In this document: one piece after another, positions 55,193 to 64,000 of the stretch | How positions within the stretch are numbered: the first letter of the stretch is position 1 | How the letters are laid out: each line of letters opens with the position of its first letter | Assembly: GCA_964016885.1 (NCBI GenBank) | Contig: OZ024742.1 | Coordinates: 9,238,001 to 9,302,000, forward strand | Reading direction: 5' to 3' | From: Eledone cirrhosa | Taxonomy: Eukaryota | Length of the DNA: 64,000 nt | Position numbers and translations under genes: made by a program | The notes under the pieces: generated by a model | The model's input: the letters and a program-made list of their open reading frames with translations, nothing else | Databases searched by the model: none | What the model was told of the DNA's origin: nothing

Positions 55193-55531
55193 GTGTGTAT
55201 GTATGTATGTATGTATGTACATATATTTGTATGTGTCTGTGTGTGTGTGTATTTATCTGCCGATGTGTGTGTACATGGTTAACATCTCTGCTATTCTAAT
55301 GCTGATGTTGTGCTGAATAGTTATACATAAGTCATTACTAGTTCTACCTGACATTAGCACAAGACCAGTAATTTGGGAGGATGAGAGAAGTCGGTTATAT
55401 CAACACCATTACATAACTGTTACTATATATTATCGGCCCAATAATAATTCTTCCCACCATTGGCACATGGTCAGAAATTTAGGGGAAAGTTGATTATATC
55501 GAACCCTGTTCTTAACTGGGGCATTATTACG

Positions 55532-55710
55532 GATAGGCAGTATCGGTAGAGGGTCGGACGCCTGCTTTCCAGCATAGTTACGTCCCTTTACGATTTCAAA
55601 TCCCGCCGAGGTTGACTTTGCCTTTCATCCTTATGGGGTCGATAAAATAAAGTACCAGTAATGCACTGGGTAATTGCTGGCCTTGTGCCTAAAGTAGAAA
55701 CAATTATTAC
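55532..55710 (+). mobile_element. tRNA-derived SINE within a cluster of SINE fragments (about 55340-55850)
   Basis: TTCAAATCCCGCCGAGGTTGACTTTGCCTTTCATCC..GGGGTCGATAAAATAAAGTACCAGT. Confidence 0.78.
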
Positions 55711-56215
55711 ATCAACCCTAATAATTTAAGCACAAAGCCAACAATTTTAGGAGAGGCGGAAGTCGAATAAATCGACCCAGTGAATTACTGCTGCTTTATT
55801 GTATCAACCCCGTAAAGATGAAAGTCAACGGGATTTGAACTCTGAACATATCCAGCCCAATTACAATGATTTCTTTATTTCTTCATAATATCAACGATGT
55901 GTTTGACTGACTTGTGAGAATTTCAGTGACAAAAGGGAGGTAACTTCATTAACTGATAATTATATCTATATTATAAAATACCAATTGAGAAAATATAGTA
56001 TAATATTATTAGAGATATTGTTTGAGTAGATAATAGCAGCATAACTCAGGAATATACTAAGTGACAAAGATAAAGGAGTTAAGTTAAATTGTAATATTAT
56101 TGCCTAAGATATCATGAATGGAAGTATGATATCAGAGTAATGTATAAGTTGAAAGTTAAAATTTCTAATGCTGCTTTCTTTTTCTGTATGTATAACCAAA
56201 GAAAAGAGTTTTTAT

Positions 56216-56249
<34 letters not shown>

Positions 56250-56312
56250 GAAGTGTTTCCGTAGGAAGGGTAAAGGAAAGGAGAGTGCTCTATTGTGCTA
56301 CAGAGCTATATA

Positions 56313-56377
56313 ATTCTGATGATCGATTTCAGACGTCTCTGTTGGGCTCGTCTGTCTTCGTGAAACCGTTGGTAAAT
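56313..56377 (+). ncRNA. Hammerhead motif with weak stem I
   Basis: ATT CTGATGA TCGA..CAGACG..CGTCTG..TCGT GAAAC CGTTG GTA AAT. Confidence 0.68.
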
Positions 56378-56405
56378 GGAATAATGTCTTATGTTCTTTA
56401 TTACA

Positions 56406-56562
<157 letters not shown>

Positions 56563-57100
56563 TGTGTGTATGGATATATACAGAGAGAGAGAGAGAGAAG
56601 AAACTATATATATTCATCAATGGAGATAAACAGAATAAAAACAGGAAATTATTCCATAAATTGCGCTCCTCATATGTTCTCATTTCGCGCTTCTATCTGT
56701 GATTTACTTAATTGTCTCAACTATTGTCTATAGTGATCAAACGTTATTACATTTATTTTCTGCACTTGGGAATCTCACATTTTTAAATTCAAACAATCCC
56801 AGTGCTTTGATAGTTCATACGGTTTATTCGATAAAAAAATATTGTTTTTTTCTTGAGTGACTTACATAACATAAGTTTAAAAACCCTGCATTTTTCTACG
56901 TCATAAAATTCATTCTGACCTCAAAATACCTTTCCCTTTCTGTGGGGTTCTATCGTCAAGTCAAATCAAGATTGGGGTTAAGAGAAACCTGATGACCTCA
57001 CAGGTTTAAGGGCTACAGGTCCTTAGCTATACGGTCACTTTATGGAATCCTGTTAAACCCTAAACTCCATCTTTAAACACTTCCCATGTAATACGTGGAT

Positions 57101-57170
57101 GAAGAAGAAGAAGAAGAAGAAGAAGAAGAAGAAGAAGAAGAAGAAGAAGAAGAAGAAGAAGAAGAAGAAG
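57101..57170. repeat. (GAA)n microsatellite
   Basis: Direct reading. Confidence 0.97.
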
Positions 57171-57949
57171 ACCATATTCTCACGCATGTACCCTATCTGT
57201 TGTTTGCATTATTAGACATTGCAGCAATATTTCATAAGCTAATACAAACGACAAACCCCAAAGAAACAAAAACTTTGCTCGTAGTCAATACAGACAAGAA
57301 TTTACTAGGTTGGTCCGTAAAATCTCATGAAGAAATGTCTGCTATTAAAATAATATGTGCATTAAACATATGGCAGAACTAGATGTCTTCTGAATAAGCA
57401 TAAGTATGTGTTTAGTTACTGCAACTATATATTTCACAGACTGCTGTCTGTCATTAATTTATACAATGTATACTTGCATTCCACTAAACCAACCAAAAAG
57501 TAAATTTTTTAGCATTTAATAACATAGCGACACTATCAGATTGATATGGCGCCAAGAAAGAAAGAAATATTCTCAAAATAATTAAACAAACAAAGACAAA
57601 AAAACCAGATCATCACTTATTCAGTAACAAATTAAATTACTTCTTGTATGTGGTTCATGAGTATGGCTGACACACGAATAACTTTGAAAGAACTCTAAAT
57701 AGTATACCAATTTACTGCAATTGTACAGAAGAGATAGAATAAGAGCCAAGGTCATCGTAAACTTACTGCAATATATTCTGAGCTGTTTTGAACAGCTGAT
57801 TCTCTCTCCTTACAGTTAGATTTTCACAGTAATCGTTAATTTTACTCTAATCAAAACTGCATTTCCTTTTGTATATATAAAACATTCTGTTAGTCATTCA
57901 ATCAATCCTGTGCATATTTACACTTTCTAGGGGACACTTATTCCCAACT

Positions 57950-58420
57950 GTTCTCAATAGGTTGCCTGTTATTTTCCAATATCTTTTGTCAGTCTTCCCA
58001 TCCTTTTAAAATACTCGATACAATTGGTCCCATATATTCCCCCGCCACCACCTTCGTCATACTGCTGTCCATCTCAAACTGTTCTTGTTTACTGACAATA
58101 TCGTATCGATATTCGATATACTGTCACCTGTATTCTTCTCCGTCACCTCTTTCTTCATGCTGAAGTCCACCTCATACAGTTCTTGTTTACCGACGATCTA
58201 ACTGCTGCAGGACATGTCTTGCAGTTTTCGTGATAATCTTCCTCTCAAGTCCTATACTGTTTTTGAAATGATTCTTCGTTCGAAATTCTCAGGATTTGTT
58301 CCACATAGCATTTTCGCTCTAAGGCATTCAAAAGTTGAATCTGGCATGTCTCTCCTATATTTTGAACGAATATAGCTCGTAAGTGCTCTGAAATCATGGC
58401 CCAGAATCAAACTCTCACCT
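57950..58420 (-). mobile_element. Decayed RTE-like 3' fragment
   Basis: Minus-strand LNALERKCY-like remnant. Confidence 0.4.
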
Positions 58421-58861
58421 CTACTCTAGATTGACTTAAAGCAATATTAAATGAATATATTGATTCCTAGACTTCATTTGACGTCACCACAAATCTATCT
58501 TCCACCATCTTGCTATTCAGTAAATAAAGAAAAAGCTACAAAATATGTGTTCAACGGAAGAATATATATTAATATTTCGTCTTAAAGAATAACTAATTAT
58601 TTTTAATTTATCGTAAGAATATTCTAATTACACTCTCATATCAAAATTGCGGTACAGTATTAGAAAAACAGTGTGTATGATATAAAGCTTATTACAGCTT
58701 TTATTATCCTGTATGCTTGGGTAGCTTTCCTAATATTAAACTACATAATTATCAATTCGTTCATTGTGTTAAATGAATGGATAGAATAATTGCAAAACAT
58801 ATTTTAAGACATGTGTCGAGGAAGGGGAGCCAGAACAGGAAATTATGAAAAAGCCTCATAC

Positions 58862-58893
<32 letters not shown>

Positions 58894-58991
58894 ATGTGTG
58901 TGTGTGTGTATGTGTGTTTGTGTGTATATACATACATAAATACATACACACACACACAGAGGAACTACGAAAAAGCCGCATACATATATAT

Positions 58992-59023
<32 letters not shown>

Positions 59024-59195
59024 CGGCTTTTTCATAATTTCCCCTGTGTGTGTTGTGTGTGTGTGTATTTATGTATGTATGTATATACACACAAACACAT
59101 TATGAAATACTGTTGGCTTCTTGCTCACATTAATTTCTCTATTTTCATTTATATATATTATATATATTTATATGAATACATACATTCACACATAG

Positions 59196-59293
<98 letters not shown>

Positions 59294-60076
59294 GTGCATA
59301 CGCCCCACATACATTCATGCATACAGAAGAAAGAATTACATACACACATTGATACATACTTATATAAACACCTACATACATATATTCACACAGAAGGACC
59401 CCTACATATAGAAACTTTCAAGACAAAATTAGGTAGAAGTGGAGGAGGTAGGGAAAAATATGGGGAAAGTGGTGGAGGGAAGACAGAGGAAAAGAGGAAT
59501 GAGTAGAAGAGGGAGAGAGGAAGAGGAAGCAGAAGAAAAGGTTTGTTATACATCTCTACTGCTATTTAGGAGATTGTTAATTTATGAAAATTTAGCCAGG
59601 TGTGCAACCTGGCTAAATTGACTTCAATTGACAATTATTTTACTGAGAATTTTCTATTTGTTATTCTTTCAGAGACATTTACGAAGATAAATGTGATGGA
59701 TTGACTGTAAATACCTTCCATTCTATCTTGAAGAAGACAGGGTTAGGGTTGGGGGGTTAATAAGGTATGGTAGGAACTCCAAACAAAATGCAAACAAGAA
59801 GCATCAGAGTTTTTTAAGGTAAAGTTAAACACAAACATTGTTCTCACATATATCGGAGATTTGTGAATAAATATGGGTTAGACATTTCAAATGGAAGACA
59901 TAATGAGGGGATTTGAAGCAGATATACACATCAAAACTCGGTTAAGATCTGGTGGACATGGGTCTGGCATGAGAGTAGGCTTGTCACATGTCTTGTGTGA
60001 AGACATATGACAAGACTGCAAGTATTTACAGCACTAGCATCACCTATTCATAGTCAGCACTACCCTCATATACATG

Positions 60077-60166
<90 letters not shown>

Positions 60167-61295
60167 ACAAACAACATCTATATGTATATCTATATCCGAG
60201 GGTAGGCTGAAACGTTGATAGGCTGACCAAGATACTCTCATGGAATGACCGAATGAGGTTTATTTTCAATATGGAAAGTAACAATACAGTTATTAATAAG
60301 AAGTGTTTAAATTAATGCCTGCAAGATTTCACAGCTCTAGCATCATTCCTTCATAGTCAAGCTATGAACATTTCAGCCTACATCAAAATAGGACAAGAGA
60401 CGACACCAGTTGTGTAAGATATAATCCGAGTTAGAGTGGATATTTAACCTAATTAAAGTTATAAGGAAAGATCAGAACATATTTGGAGCTGTTACTTTAC
60501 TAGTAGATATCACATGTATCTTCACTCACCTCTCCATTCTATATTTACTTCATTTAAATTGTTGGTTTATCTCCTCTTTCAGTCTTAATCAGAATTAGCT
60601 ATTTAGATAATGAGTTGAGTCATTATAAAGAGCGAAATTTTAATTAAATATTTAAAATTTCTTGGTTAAAATCAACAGGTTTGTGAACAGCCACTTTCCT
60701 ATTAATATTTTATGTGACAGGTGCCCCTTGCTATTTTCAAACAGTTGTAAATTTCTCTACATATTATTAAACATTTTGGTGATATTCACATTAAATTCTA
60801 TATGTAGACACTGGTGATAATGAGAGGACGACGGTGAAATAAATCGTTTGAACGAGAGGCTGCGATATTTCGTCACCATCCGGTCTACTAATCAATACCA
60901 AGTATTTCTACATCGGTAACGAGTAATTTGAACCAATTCTTAAACAAATAATATCAGCAGATATAACAACACCGCCGCCAGAGGGAAAAGCACTCACAGA
61001 CATACACATAAATAGACATTACAAACTTACGTACATACATACATACGTATATAAATATATACACACACACAGACATACATATATATATAAAGATATGTAC
61101 ACACACACAACATACACACACATACACACACAAGACACACACAAACACACATACACACATATATGAAGATATGTACACATAAACCACTTCAGACACACGC
61201 ACATAACACACAGACACACATACACAACACACACACAGATACACAGACACACAGACACACACACATATATATATACATATAGGCACGCACGTGTA

Positions 61296-61392
<97 letters not shown>

Positions 61393-61890
61393 ATGTGTGT
61401 GTGTGTCTATATATATATATATATAAGATGCTTCAATTAAGACCAGTAAGACAATAAGAGCATTGCCCATATTAGTTCTCTATCTACAAGATACAATCTT
61501 TGGTAAATACGATGCAAAATAATGTAAAATAATTTACATTATATTTTTCCGAAATGCAATATCGGTAGATGGTCGGACGTTATGCTTTGACGCATGTTTA
61601 GATATTATTCTAACTTCTATGTTGTCTATGTTACCGTTGTCTAGCATGTTCGTATAGTACTGACCGTTTTTTCGTCCTTTTCGTCCTGATTTGCCTATCT
61701 GCTGGGTCACTTCAGAATATTAACCAATACACAGTCACCCAAACAAGAACACACATCAAACAAAACACTATACGAAGACACGCAAACGCATGCACAGAGG
61801 AGACAAAAAAATAAACAAATAAATAAATAAATAAATACACTAAATAAAGATGGCGTAGGCATACAATGCAACGCGCGGAAACATAATAGC

Positions 61891-61932
61891 AACGCTGACG
61901 TTGTTGCAGATATGCAACGAAAGAACTTTGTT
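61891..61932 (+). ncRNA. Decayed hammerhead, same family as 7650-7692
   Basis: AACG CTGACGT T GTTGCA-gata-TGCAAC GAAAG AAC TT TGTT. Confidence 0.6.
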
Positions 61933-62188
61933 AGACTATATATATGTGTTTGTGTCTATATTGTATCTGTATGTTTGACCGTTGGTCAGTCAATGGTAAC
62001 ATTGAGGACCGAATAAATTAAATTAACCGATATAAAAGACAAAGAACCGAAAACCAACCAAAGAGTGAGTGTGTTCTGTTATTAATTCTGGCAATATTAT
62101 TACACAAATATGACCTCCCCAAGTATAACAATATTTGTTTCGACACAGAATTTCATACAAAAACTTCGCAAAACTAATTCATCGCCGT

Positions 62189-62222
<34 letters not shown>

Positions 62223-62435
62223 CAATATATTAGTAAATGGAAACTATATTTATAAAAGCATATTTATTTTATTATATATATTTCATGGTCAACCAAGGCA
62301 AATTATGGTGCGCTTTCATCCGATAAAATACAGATTTGTTTTATAAATAAATATTGACATACCCGGAAAAAAAAGACAACCTTAACGGTTAGAGCTTCCT
62401 GGATAGTTTAATCCCAACAAACTAAATATAACCTC

Positions 62436-62524
<89 letters not shown>

Positions 62525-62534
62525 GTTATATCTG

Positions 62535-62598
<64 letters not shown>

Positions 62599-62807
62599 CA
62601 CATATATGTAGTGAAAGATTGAAGAGTAACATGGTTGGCTGTACAAGGGGCTTTATTTCAGGTATTGACAATTGTTTCATTGATCAGGTGAGTCTAGATG
62701 TCGCTAATCGCTTGAAGTAGCGTCACTCGATCTCCATTACATTATTTAGCTCTGATCAACATATCAGATCACAATCTCTAACTGGATTACCTATAACGAT
62801 AACTTAT

Positions 62808-62872
<65 letters not shown>

Positions 62873-63381
62873 CAAATGATTCTATGGACATACTTTATAG
62901 TATATTGCTCTGATTATTTAATTTATTAATTCTTCATTGAGCCACATCGTGAATGGTTGCCAAAACACATATATATCTGTGACTTTGTCTAGTTTGTGTA
63001 TATGTAAATATTTATATTTAATAATCTCCCATAAGTTTGAGATACAATTTGGGCAATATTGGGCTGCGCTTTCTAGCAACCAACCCACTCGCCGTAAGCA
63101 ACCAATCACATTCTTTCTGACTTGACCATTGCCACGTCACAATTCTTAGCCATCTTGAATTCGTGTCTGGCGGGGACCACTTTAGAAAATATTCTGTCCT
63201 AACGTGTTTGTCTCCTGATGAGTTCGAAGCTCGAGATTGGTATCGTTTATTTATCTACTATTTCTTCATAGGTCTCTTTTAATCTTATAGCCTGGTCTAA
63301 TTGATTTTTTGTGTGGTTAATTATGCTAATTGGGAGAAGAAATGGTGTATATATATTATCAAATGATTCTATGGACATACG

Positions 63382-63420
<39 letters not shown>

Positions 63421-63519
63421 ATCAAGTTTCCGTTGAAAATTGAAATAGTCATGGGAGTGAAGAGTGCTCTATGTAAGTACCAGAGCAAAATATGTATAAT
63501 AAACAATACAATATAGTTA

Positions 63520-63588
63520 CCTCATTACCAGAGGTTTCCCGAATAAGATGAATACGAAAAAAACGTCCTCATTCGTTCGTCGGACAAG
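63520..63588 (-). ncRNA. Hammerhead motif with one core change (CCGACGA) in a pLTR related to the 43-47 kb PLE
   Basis: Minus strand CCTTGT CCGACGA ACGAATGAG..CTTATTCGG GAAAC CTCTG GTA ATGAGG; tail CATAGAGCACTC. Confidence 0.7.
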
Positions 63589-64000
63589 GTAATATAAAAC
63601 ATAGTGAAATAATTGGAAAGTCTCCTCAAGAAATGCAAAAAATATATATAAATAAAAGTAATGCAAGAGATATATAAAATATATAAAAAATATAAGGAAA
63701 TATAGTTAGGTGTGTGTATATGTATGTATATACACTCACAAATGTACATATGTATGTATGTACAAATGCATGTGCATGGTGAAAATGTGTGCGTAAGTAC
63801 ATATATGCGGGCAAGTATATTTGTGTATATGTGACCACAAATACGGATATAATATGAGTTGAAAAAGAAAATAATAATATAGTTCACACGCATCCAGATA
63901 CAGGTATTAGATACACATACGAGTATGAAAGCACGCGTATAAACACACACACACGCGCGGTCACTTATATGCGGAAGATAAAGAGGGAAGGGAGTGTAAT

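Noticed and set aside
56989-57010. CTGATGA motifs here and at about 63215 and 54760
   Set aside because: No properly placed GAAA, stem III or stem I
59655-59750. Candidate host exon after a polypyrimidine-CAG
   Set aside because: No recognisable protein or convincing donor site

Overview
Gene-free, very AT-rich eukaryotic DNA saturated with (TA)n/(TG)n microsatellites. The tRNA-derived SINEs and the repeat landscape resemble an octopus genome (inference). Most short ORFs in the track are microsatellite translations. Real coding relics are two Penelope-like elements (PLEs) with Naiad-type RT and GIY-YIG motifs (about 1.7-6.3 kb and 43.3-47.3 kb), a 5'-truncated CsRn1-like Gypsy element (12.1-16.0 kb, minus), an L1/Tx1 3' fragment, a near full-length CR1-type LINE (30.9-35.0 kb), and RTE/CR1/PLE fragments. 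The main hidden signal is non-coding: more than 20 type-I hammerhead ribozyme (HHR) motifs, intact or decayed, from about ten sequence-unrelated families. They sit in short elements with a recurring layout: (TA)n target, 5' inverted arm, HHR, then a 3' tail with a TTGAGYRC/TTGAAC-like motif. The centrepiece is an exactly 7 x 483-bp, nearly identical tandem array (27294-30674) with one intact HHR per unit, a retrozyme-like system predicted to yield 483-nt monomeric or circular RNAs mobilised by Naiad PLEs. All folds were assigned by eye and boundaries are approximate.
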